From the NCBI GenBank assembly GCA_040954595.2, contig CM082586.2, positions 5,194,509-5,258,508 on the forward strand: a stretch of 64,000 nucleotides of DNA, given 5' to 3'. Positions 1 to 14,787 of this stretch are shown here, piece after piece. Position numbers and translations under genes: made by a program. The notes below the pieces were generated by a model. It was not told the DNA's origin. It searched no databases and saw only the letters and a list, made by a program, of their open reading frames with translations. Origin of the DNA: Balanoglossus misakiensis (taxonomy: Eukaryota > Animalia > Hemichordata). The stretch's first letter is position 1. Every line of letters starts with the position of its first letter.

Positions 1-3000
1 CATAGTTGTGTGTTTTAGTCTCCTATCAAAATAACTGATAGTATTTTTCGCCCATGGCTCTTATTCTTACTTCAATTTAAACATCACCTGGTAACATTGC
101 AGCAACCGTGACTGAAATTGGGAAATCAATTTTCACGTTCGATCTATACGCTTCGCGAATCTTTAAATTACGTCGTAAAATCTATAGGACCTACACAGTC
201 CTCTTGACGTGTTAAATTTTCATTTGACATTTGGAGAAATGTGTTATCTCCTACCGATAAAATCAAAATTTCAATGGAGATTCCTTAACGGTTATGCTGA
301 CAACTGGTATGCGCATGGTGCATGTGTAGTAAACTCTCTTACGTGAGCAGTTGCTACTAACAACATTTTTACGAGAGAGTGAAATTCCCTTTTTATTGAA
401 ATATCGCGGCCAATAATCTCATTAAGCTGCTGTGGAGACTATCAGAAAGTGTTCCTTGTCAGCTCTTGGTATTGCAAATTTGATGTGTTTCGGGTTCAAA
501 ATGATCTGGTTTGTACCACATCCATGTGCGTTTCATCGCTGCTGATGGTCATGTGTTTAAAAATGAACTGTGAGACACATCAGTTTCCTACCGCTATATT
601 TTCCATCGTACCTGTACCCATGTTAATGAATACAATGACAAGAATTTATCTCTGTATATTTTTTTAAATTGGATATTCAACTGTGTATTAAAGAAACAGA
701 ACAACAGCAAATACCCAGGTCACGAATATAATGTAGTTTGAGCTAATAATAAATAGGTATTTAGAGGTGTGGATTTAAACGTGTGTAATTTTACTCTCAC
801 GTGTATGGCGGGAATTGATCGGATTTAAAGTGTTTTTGCTTGAAACAACACCCTGTCTACAGGAAAATAAGCAAAGGAAATCCCCTACCTGTTCCACTAG
901 CAAATTAGACAGCTTTAGTCGTGTCTGTAACTCACTTGGCATCCATTTGTGTGATTATATAGCGACATACCCGTCGTCATGGTAACTGCCTTATCGTTTC
1001 ATTTACGCAGAGTTTCTTCTACAGTGCGATTTTTGATGCCAGATAAGAATCATCAACTGATGAGGTCCTGCTAGAGTTTTTTCCCCCGTCTCTTTTGCGG
1101 TGTGTTCTATTAATGGAAGTGGGATTCACCTGAAAATCTGATCCTGTTTACTGTGTTGCACGTCATTGCTAACCTTTTGTAAACTGCGAAAGTGTGACGC
1201 TATTGGACAATCAGAAATTGATAATGCCAATTCCATGAAGTACCAATGCTTTGGTTTGGTTTAGTATAGTTTGATATACCGTCTCCCCCGAAGGGATGTT
1301 TGTCTTCTAGATTTGTCCTTTAGTAGAAGCAGTGTATTGGTCGAGAAACGCATAATTAATATATATATATATATAATATCCGGTCTGTCACCAGATCTCC
1401 AGTGCATGATATGCAGAGCAAACAAAATGAATGTGTTCAGGTTGCACAGCATGCCTTGAGCAATAATACACCAACCACGATGTACATACAAAATGTACAA
1501 ACATGTATGTATGATGACGTTGGTACATTAAAACTTCAACTCAATCGCATGCTGTCTATTGCCTTGAATTGAAATCGATGCAGGCAAGAATGCCTATATG
1601 CTTCATCTGTTTTCCCAGATTGGTGTGTTTTAATAATGCTGCTAACACTTGAAATGCACTTGAGCTTGGGAAGCTCCATGAATACATTCAAAGCAGTGGC
1701 TTCATGGGCTATAAGTTGATGCTATACTACTAATGCTTGCGAGTTCGTCAGCCATTTAATGTGCGATTAGCGCAACCCAAAAGAGAAACATGACGACATT
1801 CAAGATTATAGGAAAGAAAAAAACAAATCTTCTTGATTACTGCCTTCTCTCACGGCTGAAAAGAAGAAAAACAGCTTTCTATTTTGGTGAGCGGAAATTG
1901 CATTCAGTGAGCGGACATTTCCTCGAGCCATTTTCCCAGATTGCTTCCGTGATCGCTGTGTAATTGTCTTTAATTTCGAACTCGGACTTTCCGGCCCCTC
2001 CGCACCGTGATGTATCAAGTACTTCGCTCGCTGAAGTCTAGGTCGCCAATGTAGGTCGCTTGATACAGATGTAGCCTTATACACGGCTAAAAACAGCACT
2101 CCGATTCTTAGTGCATTGTCTCATTGCCAAGAAACAACACTTGTGTACTATAGAATCAAATATACTTTGCCGTGTACACCTATGTTGGGCACTTTGTTAC
2201 AGAGATCACACCATTTTATCAGGAAATATTTAAAATGACAACACTGCGCAGGAAAAGTGAAATTTCTTTCCATGTACCGGTATCAGTGACAACGCGGTAC
2301 CCTTTCCCAATACAAGGAATGTCACAGAGAATACTTTTGCTAGCAAAAGCTGTGGAGTACATGTACTAATACTTGTCAATAACGATGACGATTTCAAGGA
2401 AAAATTATAGTGCCTTTCAATGATTAAAACGATCAAGCTTGTGTTTGCAATAGGGAGACGATTTACTCAGTTCAGAGATAAGGTTTTTTTCTCTATAGTA
2501 GGCTGATGATATGATCTCCGTTCCATCGCCACTTTGTTTTTGAATAATGTCTGTTCGCCCGCCTGTCTGTCTGTACATACGCGACTGTCACTGAGAGTTA
2601 CAGTCATTTAATAGGCGTGGACATGACAAGAACTACTGTGAATTAGCTAGTACCGATCGAGCTAGTATGAAGAGATGGCCTGACAGGCACAGAAGCCCCA
2701 TTCAAGCAGACAATCAATATCCACATTTCTGTCAAATAAACATCGACGTTTGTGAACAGTCCTCGGTTGCGGAAGGCGTCAGTCTAACGTTTCCGAGTGT
2801 TCTTTACCCACCGGCAATGACGGTGTTCTGTCGTTATCAATTTGACAAAAGCTTCTTGATGTGTTCCTTTCCAGAGTGACATGATGGTTCTCTTGTTAGC
2901 AGTTTTGACTGGGGGCTAGTTTCATGAGACTAAATTCGTCAATACCATGAAGTACTATGACCTTAACACAAAGGAGACAATAAGTTATTCTGTGAACACA

Positions 3001-6000
3001 AAGAATGGTATTTAAAGATAGTTTTAAATCAATTCACGCTGTTGTAACTTGCAGTCCACAGGGCAAAAAATGTCAATACAAAATCAATCTTTTCAGTGTG
3101 AATGTCCGCTTTTATCAAAAGACGCAAGTCTGCATCGAATGTATGCTTGTTTTCATAACGTGAAAGCTCCAGTAACTCAAACTTTAAAAATACTGGGGCT
3201 TTAACAAGGTGTGTATACGGCACATGTCATGTGACTGCGAACTTCGAAGAGAGGATATAGTAAAATCACCATTCAAATTAACTACTAATACATTTGAGCT
3301 TGCCATGCTTAGATGTACGGAACGACTAAAACGTTACACAGCTGAAAATGCAATGTATTCATGGTGAAAAATGGCCGTCATGTAATGTAAGGAGATACGT
3401 CATTGACCATTGTTTTCCTGTAAGTGCATACTCGACGTTTATCGAATATTCTGCAATGGGTGGGCTGCAGCAAAGAAAGAGCCGGCAAAGGAATGCGGTC
3501 ACTTTGTAAACTCGTGTCTGTTTCAGAGCCTTGCCCAGACTCTTTTTTTCAGCCGGGAGGCACAGCGAGTACAACAAGCACCTGGGAGTGTGGTATAATT
3601 ACCTTTAGTATTTGCGCATGAATTATTTATGTGCTTGGAAAAACACACGCTTTCGCTTCGTTGATGCGTTCACTACACACGTGAAATGGCCTCTCGCAAC
3701 ACAGAAAATGTTGGTATATCGCTTCACTGGCATCTCAAAATTTCAAAGAACTGACAAGACTGTCCCACACCAACCAACCACGTGCTTGTTGCTTTGCATA
3801 CTGTTAGAGCTAAAAGAGAATGTTTCATTTTAATGAGAAAGAACTATATTGGAACTATTTTGTGATTACAAGATATCCAGAAATATTAGTATATTAGCGA
3901 TTATCATTACGTGATACTGAGCTGACAGAATGCGTATTTAAGAAAAAAAGAAGAAGCAAGCTCTATGCAATGACACAGACAAGATGTGCCTGTGGCAAAG
4001 TCTGAGTCCGATCGGACTCTCGACTCGAAGTTGAAAGCCCTGGGAGTGTACCATATTGTGGGTGGAACACACTTAAATATATAACGAACCAATGCATAGC
4101 ATTCTACAGTCTGAATAAAGACATTGCAGACATGGATTTTAGAATAATGGGTATAGACACATGCAATTACTTTCAAAAAGATCCTTAAAATAACAAGATT
4201 TGAAAACCAAGATGGGAACATGTGTCCTCCACTGAAAACGATGTCGCAATGCCGCGTATACCCGCCAGTTGAAAAGTCATTTAAAAATCCAATAATTTGA
4301 ACTTAATGCTCAGTGAGGATTACTTCATTGTGAGGCACAATGCATTATGCATGAATGGTGATAGCTTTTTCTGCACGGATGAGCAAGTTCCCTGAAGGGT
4401 AACGCAATGCCTTGTTCCATCAACCTTGGCGGGAAGACAGTGATGCCGAGTGGTTTCTACAAGCCGAATGTGACTGGGGACAAGTCTTCAATAATTGACG
4501 TGCGTGTATATGCCCTACTTGTCTCTATGTCGCCATAAGGTTGTGAAAAGAAGTGCTCTTATGGAGACTCTTTGTGCTGGGACAATTGAGGCTTGGTTCG
4601 CCAGAAACGACGTCAGTGCAACGGTTATATGTGAAATATCATATCATGTATCGACGGATTTCTGTTGTCCCAGAAGTCTGAACGCCAACAAATCAATCGG
4701 TGGTGATTTCTCAGTAAGATTTGGCCACCTTTTAGGATAGTTCTTTAAATAAAAGTTATCTGATGAACTGCAACACGAATCAATAACTTGGGGGAGGGGT
4801 AGGGCGACAGCAAGAATGCCAACGTGACGTAAGCTAACACAAATGTCTCAATGTTTGTCGGTACTGTCTGTCGATCCGCCCATAAGGCTTGATTGTGTCT
4901 AAATTATTGGCTTAACTATCATTTGATACAAGTTTATCATTGCACATTGACAGGGGAAAATTTGATGCAAGTTAGAAAACCTTAATCATTTATGCCAGGT
5001 GATTCGACTGAAAATTCCGATTGCATTGGGATGGAAGCTCATCTAAGCCATTAAGGACATGGAAGATTGGCAGCCGAAATAGAATCATACAAGAATTGAA
5101 GTTAGGTAATGGAATTGTATCATAAACTGACGAAACATATGCGTAAGACTCAGATGAAATTCAGTTTGATCGACAAAGACATTCGAGCATGAAAACTAGA
5201 TAGCAGCAATGAGGTTTTGTGGACATATGATTCGATTGGATAAGGGTATAGCATTTAGATTGACTACATCACTGCACAAAATATGCGTGGACCAAATTAC
5301 ATTATAGGGTTTAGCTCCAGAACAAACCTAAATACCTACAACGCTGCTCAAAATCAGCGTGATTTACGTCTAATGGATGTAAGAAATGGTCGCTTCTGTG
5401 AGTCTGCTGTGCTTGACATGCTTTACATATATATTTACCTGCTGATGTCGACCTGATGACGGGACGCGTGGCTTGCGTAATTGAATGGCAGCTCGACTTA
5501 AATGCACGATAATTTTGCCGCATGACACACCAGCAGGCCGTGCAGTTTTTTGCACATGCCCGTGTCTGTTTGTATTTATGTATATCGAACACAATTCTGA
5601 GCAAGCAAGTATGGTGTGAATTGTACCTGCATGTTTTAATGGTATGTTCTTCGTGCAATATTTGTAGGTCAACAATCATTGAAAACAATTATTCGCTTCA
5701 CATCTTGTTAATGAATGTGTAAGTGGATTTTGCATCAACTCGCGCATTCGGCCAATAAAAGAATTATGGCATATTTCACACGCACAGGTGTTCAATTGGG
5801 TGAAAAAGCACAATCCAAGTGCACGACACACATGTTCCAAATTATATCAAGATGTAGAAACCGTGACGAGGGATTTAAAGTATTTTCCCCAAAGGCGACT
5901 GTCGCTTCGTGACACGTTGACGTGAATACCATATCTGTCGACATTAGTTTCCAAAAACCATATGTTAACTTTGCGTCACGGAATCGTGCATTTAATGCCA

Positions 6001-9000
6001 AAGTGTAATAGTGACCATAAGACCTAGATTGGCAAGTATATTCTAGCTAAGAAAGGTAGGCCCTTTGGATTTTTTTTCAAATTACTTCCTGCCAAAATGT
6101 CACTGCCAAAAGATTAATGACCATACATTAAATTGACTAGAAGGGTATATACCCCTATAATTTAACAAAATAAACAGTGTTTCACAATTTTAATCACTAA
6201 GAACAGTTATGTTATCAGATTTATATGGATATCAGATAACTTCAGGCACATGTTATTTGAACACAATTAAATATTGCATATTATGGCAATTTCCAGTCAC
6301 TGACTTGATTGGTTTGTATATTAAGAGTGACAGAACAAACGTGCACTTGGGCAAATTTAACAATGGAAACACAGGAGTTCATGGCCAGTTGGAACTGGCG
6401 GATATTTCGCCTGAAAATTGTCCAATTATATGACTGTGAGAAGGTGTACTCTTAAATTGCCTGTTATTGAGAACATGCACTTTTGACGCCCCGAGTATTA
6501 GAGCACATCAACTTGCCCACTGATGGAGATATTCGCATTAACAGAATAACTGTGCGTTGCCAACTTTTCATTGTGAGGTTATGTCTCCAGCGGACGTTGC
6601 AAATCAAACTTCTCAGAGCATATCAGAGCTGTGATTGGGCCGCGCTTTTTCCATGGCGACGAACAATGCAAGGCGGAAGCTCGATTCTCTAGATGATTTT
6701 GGAGATAAACTCGCAGATGACGCGCACATCCGTAGTTGTGGAGGTTGTATTATTTCGCTCCATGTTCTTGGACAGTTGAGACACCGAGGTGACTATAGAA
6801 TGTCAGCATATGTATTGAAACATTCCCACCTTGGTTCCTGCCTGTGATTATCCCCTTTCAAAGCATCGCCGTGTGCACGTGTCGTGACTATCCCCTCGAC
6901 TCATTTACACTCAATTGATTCCTTTTGATCGTCCGAGCCTCTTGCACACCATACTTGATGTCAGAGCCTGATCTGCATCGGTTAAACATTCTGCGCAGAC
7001 CTCACCGGCTCTTATTTATCAGTTTCCCTTCTGAATTAATTCTTCCAAAGGTCCTGTGGCAACGCGATGTGTAGATTCATACCTTTATAGAGTCCCATGT
7101 CGGACGATAAGGAGGTTGTTTTGATATGTGGTATAACTACAGAGCAGATTTCGTGACAAGAAAAACTCGATCACACGGAGAATGGTTCAGAATACGTGCA
7201 AGATGCGACATTAATTTTGAACTATCGATAACTGCTAATATTTAGTGGGCAAGTATTCTCAATGTTCAGATGGTTGAACTCTTCTTTGCAAGATAACAGG
7301 ATAAGTTAACCATGGGCCATATCACAGTATCCCCATAGGTACATATAAATGCTGCTTTATGCATGTGCTTTTAGAACTCGAGTGTGTTGTCTGTATGGTT
7401 TCAGCACAACATTAAAAGTGGCTTCACGATTTAATCGAACCTTGGTTGTAATACCTCTGATGATTTTTTTTTTACTTACGTCCTGTAGATGACGTGAAAG
7501 CAAGGGAAGTTCTCATGTGTATAAAATGCTGATTCAAATGTGTTTGCCTTGTATGTGATTGGGATGCAAACAACAACTATTTTTTCAGTATTACAGTTCT
7601 GTGTGTCATCACAGTTCAATCTTCTTCGGGCGATGTGCATGACAGAAAATGTTATGGGAATCTGATTTACTTGCAATCGGCAGATAGTGCAGCGATAGAT
7701 GACGATAATGCAAAGCCCCGGTCAAAAGTCAGCCAATCAGTATCTTATCCCTGGGACTTGGGGACACGAATTAGACAACGCGAATCGAACGTAACGTCAT
7801 GTCTACGTGTAGTTCGTTAACAGCAGTAATGATCTGAAGCTGCTCATGGGCGAGAACTTTCTGGCAGTATACGAGCATATCATGAAACACTGAGTTTGAA
7901 AATGTACACAAAGCTCCCGCCACAATAGGTCTTTCAACAGAGGGCGCTCTTGAAGCAATATCAATAAATAAGCTTTTTACATGACTATATACATGTACAA
8001 CGACCTGCTTTTTTTGCTTAGAACTGATTACAATTTCAAATGAAACGATAAACCTGACAAAGACTGCAATTCATGAAAGTCAATCCTAAAAATAAAAATC
8101 TGTAAGCATCTTCAAATCATCACTAAAACAACTCTAAATCATCAGAGTATTTAGCCAGTGTTCGAATTCACCATTGTCAGTCATACACTCGATGCATGGT
8201 GGCGCTACATAACAAAATTCTGATGCATGCATACACATTGTGACAAAGTCACTGAACTGGCATGGCGACTCATGGTATGCCTAAGTGTCTGATGGAAAAG
8301 GTGAAACATATAAAATGTTCGTAAATTACCTATACCTTACATTCAACAGTGCTCCGTTTTTTATCTCGAAATTTACGAGCGCTACAACGCAATGTGAAGC
8401 TTTTTTTATACCATTTCAGTATTTTACCCAAGTCAGAATTTATTGCAATCTGAAATGAAATCAAGCATACCCATTATCTCCCTTTGTATCTGAACAATAT
8501 CATATTATGATTAATGTACCTTTAAAATAAGAATAAACGAACAGTACGACAAGACATATAAATTTTAGAAATGCATTTCTAGATTGATGACTATAGATTT
8601 ATAATATTTACAGGTTTTCCATGCGACAACGTTAAACAACCTACAGATGGTATACTGCCTGCCATCATTAAAGTCGGCTAAGTTACTTTTCAAAGCGCAT
8701 AATAAAATACCTAGATGTCATACAGCACTGGTTGAATTTAATCCAATATTTTCTGTGGTAATTATGGATGCACTGGCATATAAAAATGAGATTTTCTGGT
8801 TTAACACTGGATTCTGAACTGTCTGTTTGGTTTACTCACAAGTAATGTACGATTGATTAGTTTTAGTTGGTAGGAGATTAAAACGCGAGAGGGGCTTTGT
8901 CCTATTTTTTCTAATTATAGTGTACTTAAACACGACTGAGTCTTTACTGAAGGTTTAAAATATCTGGCAGTATAAAGTAGATACGCTTGATAGACATCGT

Positions 9001-9200
9001 CCTCATGCGTGATGATGAGAGCGGCGTGCCTTTAGTTTCCTTCTGATCCTCTTAAACCAGCATCAATCGATGTAATCACCTTCATCTCCAGACTCTGAAA
9101 TCAGATACATGCGGGACAGCTCATTTCGCTAATGCGTATTATTGTTGACGGAATAGAGGACTGCCATGTGGGATCTTGACATTCGACATGCGATTATGAG

Positions 9201-9462
9201 TGTTGAGGTGCGGTACTTCATTGCGTACGGTGTAATGATATAACAAGAGGAAGCGATAGCTTGTTGTCAATACAGTCACTTACTTTATTGGACACCAACA
9301 CGTGTAGTGGATGAACATCACTGACCAAGTCTGAATTGCATTGAACACCCACAAGAACGGAAAAACCCCACCCAGCTTACATAACACATACATGCATAAT
9401 GAGACTATCATTTACATATCAAAGAAAGTGACCATCTGGGTAAAGTTCAGTTTACTCCAACA
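9201..9462 (-). mobile_element. Solo LTR, 262 bp, same family as 55061-55318
   Basis: Ends TGTTG...CAACA. Perfect 5-bp target-site duplication ATGAG (9196-9200 and 9463-9467). Near-identical copy at 55061-55318. An internal TTTATT (AATAAA on the minus strand) suggests the orientation. Confidence 0.85.
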
Positions 9463-12400
9463 ATGAGCAGCTGAAGTGGGCACACTTACAAGAGGTTGTC
9501 TCAATACCTGTCATGTTATTTTTGTAAACAAAGTTTTACCTGTAATGCAAGCAAGCATATGTTTTAAATGTCTTGTCCACGTCTAACACATGCAGAACGT
9601 TACAGCCGGTTTTGTACCAGTGTACATTGAATCAAATGGATAGCACCACCTGCTTGCATAGGCCATGTAATTTTCAGAGTCGTGCATCCAAAATTGCAAG
9701 ATCTAAATTCTCACACACACACTGTCTACAATTACAACAATGGCGCTTTTATTCTGCTTTGACATGCCCTGAAAAGTCCCTGACGTCACACAGTTTGCAG
9801 GTGAAAACCAGGAAGTAATTACAAAACCAACTTTTAATGCTTCAAAGAAAAGCAGCTTGACTTGTTGTCTGACACAGGTGACAGTTGTTAACGAGTTAAC
9901 GAGTGGCTTTAAAGAAACAAGCTCTGGCTTTGGAGTTCCCTATTTTCATTATGGCACTGAAAAGACGCGCAAAGCCAAAGGGCTTGGCGTGCCTTTCCGC
10001 TGCTTTAAGCCTCAACTAAAATCATGAAAGGATATCACCAGTTATTATTTCGAACCATTGAAAACTCAATGTCTGTTTAATTAAGCAGACAGACCCGATT
10101 CGGTTCGCTTGAGATCTGCTTTTCTACACGAAACAACCTTAATTAAAGCTATGTCTTCGGTTGTCTGTGCCCGACCACGTACAATGCAGTGCTTTCCCCG
10201 AAGCATTGATAGCATCACGTTGCTTAAAATGAACTCACTGAAGTAATCCTTGTTAGACGTGACTTGTCATGCACGTTTTCAGGTGAACAGACGGTACACA
10301 CGCAAGAGATATTTTAAACCCCAGATTTTCCACGTTCAATGGAATGCAATCTCAGCCTGCCAAAGTAAAAGTAGAAAAACTGTAGTACATCTGTTTCATA
10401 TTCACATTGTGCAGGAACCAAGGTACAGCTCACAGCAATTTTTTGACATCGATTTCAAACCATTGTTTTAAACATAAAAATGGAACAAGGCTACATACAC
10501 TTGTCAATTGGAGCATTTTCATTCTTATACTGTTCCTGCAAGTGATTGTAGTTACTTTTTCGTATTGGGAGTGGTTATTGTACATGTATATCACACCATG
10601 CAATCAATTTATCAGCATGTGCATATATAGTTCTTCGTGTATAGCTATAATATAAAGAATGTGTCTTTTAACAGAATTGATATATTGCGCAGTCTCGTGA
10701 TGGTTATGCATTTTCCCCATTTGGTTTCACACGCAGGTTCTGCGATCATCGTGATTTGTAACGAACGGATGACTTAAGGTTTCATCAAAGTACTGACAAT
10801 CTTTTACTTTCAAGGCACGCACATCACTACTGATAAGTTCACTAGGGGCAAGACTTGTACGCCTTAGAATAACATTTTCATGAGGCCCATCTGAATAACA
10901 CTGCGGATTTGTTGTCGAACTTTGAACCTTACTATGAGCATAAAGCTTATTGTTCAGTCTTGCTGCCTATCATTGATCGGAAAATAAGTAACATTATTGC
11001 TTGAAGTGTTGTATAGAAACAGTAGTTCCAGACTGCGCATGTTGCTGTGTTTTCAGAAACATACCTGTCACAATTAAATCCACGCAAAAATATAGAACTG
11101 AATAACACGACAAAAAACTCATAAATATTGCTGTAACAGTTACTGTGGGTATTAGATACATCGATGCAAATGACCTCGCATACCTTCATCGCCTCTAAAG
11201 TAGCCTCCAAAATAGAATCATTTTGATCACCTGTATGTAGATAGTGATACTTTCATATCCATTGCTGAGAGCAAATTGGCAATTATTTTCAGGACAGGAA
11301 AGATTTGGTATACCAAGGGAATTGGATGAGGATATATTAATATTAATATTATCTGTCGGTGAACACTGAATAGAATTTCAGTAAAGTTCTTAATGACATT
11401 TCAGGTGATAATCTCCACATTGTGGTCACTTTAAATCTGTTATTGAAAATTCTCAATATTACTACTGATGTACATATGTTATTGTAGTCTTTGTTAAGGG
11501 GGACAACATTCTCTTCGGGTACTTTCCATAAGGGAAGATCACAGTGTTATCATAATGGTAATCACAAATAAATCACCTCCTGAGCGCGAACGTGCCGTCG
11601 TTCTGTTTTATTGGAAATATTATCTGAGGGTGTATCTAATGACTAATGCATATATGCGTGGTAGTTCAGCAGTTTCTCCGTGATCAGCCAGTCAGTTAAA
11701 TTGAAGCAATCCTTCAAAATGAAGCATCAACATGGTTGACCACAATCTGATTAAAAGAGCAAACAAAGGTAAAGATGGCGCCTAAATCTACATCTGATTT
11801 TTATCAGATGTAAATGTAGGGTTTAACTTGTTGGGCCTGATCGTAATGTTAATGTTAACAGTATATATTATGCGGTTACCATAGCCACGGATTGCCACGT
11901 ACGGAAGGCGTTCAAAACCGACAAGCTCTGTATTTGAAAACTTGTTTTTGCTCAAGGAGGTGACGGCTGAGTGGTGAGTATAATGTTTTACTTTTTAACT
12001 CTTCACTATATATGTACACGCCAGAAACATTTACTTTTGCTCCTGGCCATTACCAAAAGTTGTGAGAATCTTCCTGCTATTCATCCAAGTTTTCATGACA
12101 TTCAAACAATCTTTATACGGCAAAGAGTCGCACACTAACAACATGTATCTCACAGTGGATCTGAGACAGAGGTCCAAGCTTCTGAGGTACATTGTACATA
12201 TGCCAGAATTCAGTTGGGAAAAAACACCTATAGGTTTTCACCTTTCCAACTGTATTCCCATTCTATATCAACTGTCATTGCTACCTCATCCTTCATAGTG
12301 CAACCACTATCAAATCTTACAAAGCCTGTAACTACATTTGTAAAATAAACCATCAATTCTCATTCATTCTCCTCATTACATCATTTGCCGTCAAGCAGTC

Positions 12401-14787
12401 AACATATTCCATAACTAGCGTCTGCATGTCTGAACGGAGTTCACCCTCGGCCTTTACTTGCACACAGAGCAATTAGGTCATTTATACGAAAGTAATGAAG
12501 ATTAATTTAAAAATTGTCCATGTTGGCGAACCAAGCTATCCCTGCTCAAATCATTTTCCGTCATCAGTTTAATGACATTGGCTATATATATTTCATCAAT
12601 GTAATATATACGGAATAACTGGTTTCGATAAAAGCATCATATGTCTAGCTGTCGTTCGTCAAATCACTTAAGCATGACAGACAAGTCTGTCGCTCGTAAA
12701 TGGGTGAATAATTGTGTGCGTGCTGCTGTGGACTGGATGTAAAATGACGTCACCTTCGTTTATAAGATTGATGAACTGATGAGAAAAAAACGTTAATGTA
12801 TCACTATGTATTGGGGCGCAGACTGCAACCAACCAGGCACGTTCATGCCAAATGCGATCTCACAACCAAGTTTGGGTCTTCTCTATTCCAGTATGACGTC
12901 TTTGAGAACGCTGATGCAGTAGCAATTTCGTCCTCCGCACCGCTTTACCCAAAAGTGACAGTTATTACTGGGGTAAGTGGTTTATTTGACACCATCATCA
13001 ATCAGGTAATCAGTGCATGTTTTTGCTTTTGGCCAAATAATTGTCATGCTTGCCTTTGTGTGTTATAGATCACATTCCTCAAAGGTAAGTTAGTTTGTAT
13101 ACGTGCTGGCTGAATAAATGCTTATGGTTTTGGATCATAATATATTCGCAATTGCCAAAGAGAGCTCTGCCGATTTAATTGCATAGTGAACAAAAATCCA
13201 TACGACATTTTCAAATGTCTTTTCTATTTTTATACGATTATAATTGAGCATTTGCATAGAAAAATAAATTCCATTTTCTTAGGAATAATCCTCGGTCTTG
13301 GAATTGCCTTCGACTGCCATAAGGGCACGAGCATATTTAGTTATCAGTCGCATCGATGAAGAACCATATGGTTTTGAATAACTCGGATGCATTCCATAGC
13401 TACCCACATAATCCTACTGTGATTGCATCGAACGTATACTGACTTCAATTGTATAGCGTTGCATTCTCTATGTATTTTTTTACATGGCATCTCTTGATAA
13501 CATCGTTCTTCATTTCGCCGTGTACCTTCCGGCGTTGCTTCTGAAATCAATCCCTGGATGTTTTCTTGTTGGCGATCATCGATCACGATCAACTGCAACC
13601 AGATTGATTGATTTCCGCAAAGGTGATCCTGTTAATTACTGTTTGAAGCGGTAAAGTTTGTTCAAATAAGGCATCGGTATTAATGCTGTACAGCAACACG
13701 GGTTGGGCAACCGCCAATTTGTCATACCATATGGTGTTCTCCACCACATCAATCCATATATCCGATATCGTATGCATTTAATTAAGGCTTATCCACATAA
13801 CGTCATCTTCAGGTTCACCTTTCGCCATGATAACACTTGCATGTAATCACTGCTCAACTTATTTTACACACCCAAGCAGGGGAAAAAGTAAGGTAATTAA
13901 GATTGTTAATACTTTGTAAAAAGTCTATGATAATGTAAGTTTCCCCAGAACCCGCCAAGAATAACACCCCCTAACCCGGTAATGTGGGTATATGTTATGT
14001 TGACATATGTGGTGGTCTTTGATGAGTTAAAACGATGAGGGTACGGTTGCAGTTTTCAGATATATTCACGTATATAACTCCGTGCACGAAATCTGCAACG
14101 ACCAGAATCTGTTCAAACAGCGCACACACACAAAAAAGTGTACGATTGAGTCCGGCTAATTGAAATGCAACTAATCTACACGTAGTGAAATACTGCAAAT
14201 GTAAAGTCACCCAGGTGTAAATCCAACGTAATTTGCATTCTGCAGCTCGCCCGGTGAGACAGTGGACCCAGTCACCCCAGCGGAATCATATGTAACACCG
14301 TCTTTTCAATGCATTCTTTGGTACCAGTTGTCATTATCGCCTCTATGTGTATAGTATAACGCACGAGAAGGCTGATGTAACCACAATCAAAACTTACTAC
14401 AGTACTGCGCATATGGCACATCACAAGTTCGTTAAAAACACAGTACTCTCAATATCTTCCTACAAAAAGCAATCAGAATCTGTAATTTATATTCTGATAA
14501 GAGAAATTGATCCACGTCCAAATGACCATGTAGAAATTCAATTGTTGGAAATTTGTCTTCTCGGAAACTCTAGAAATGAAATCACGTACCCCACTTTTCT
14601 CAGACTAACGTCTGTTTATTATAGCCCCTGGTAATATCCTGACGTAGATCATGCATTTTCGTATGATCTCGCCACTCCCCTTAATCCCTGGGAAGTAAGG
14701 TGCCGAAAATTAATTGCGTGGTGAATTATGCTGAGTCCTGTGGTAAGTTTTCTTTTATGTCATTACAGAACAGTTTGTATCGCCACC

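Noticed and set aside
4880-5250. Possible RTE/LINE remnant (KAFD-like and RFCGHMIR-like fragments)
   Set aside because: Too fragmentary to support without a translated search.
14728-14787. Upstream ATG of the 388-aa GPCR ORF
   Set aside because: The segment contains a pyrimidine-rich tract and acceptor, and ATG 14788 has a perfect Kozak context.
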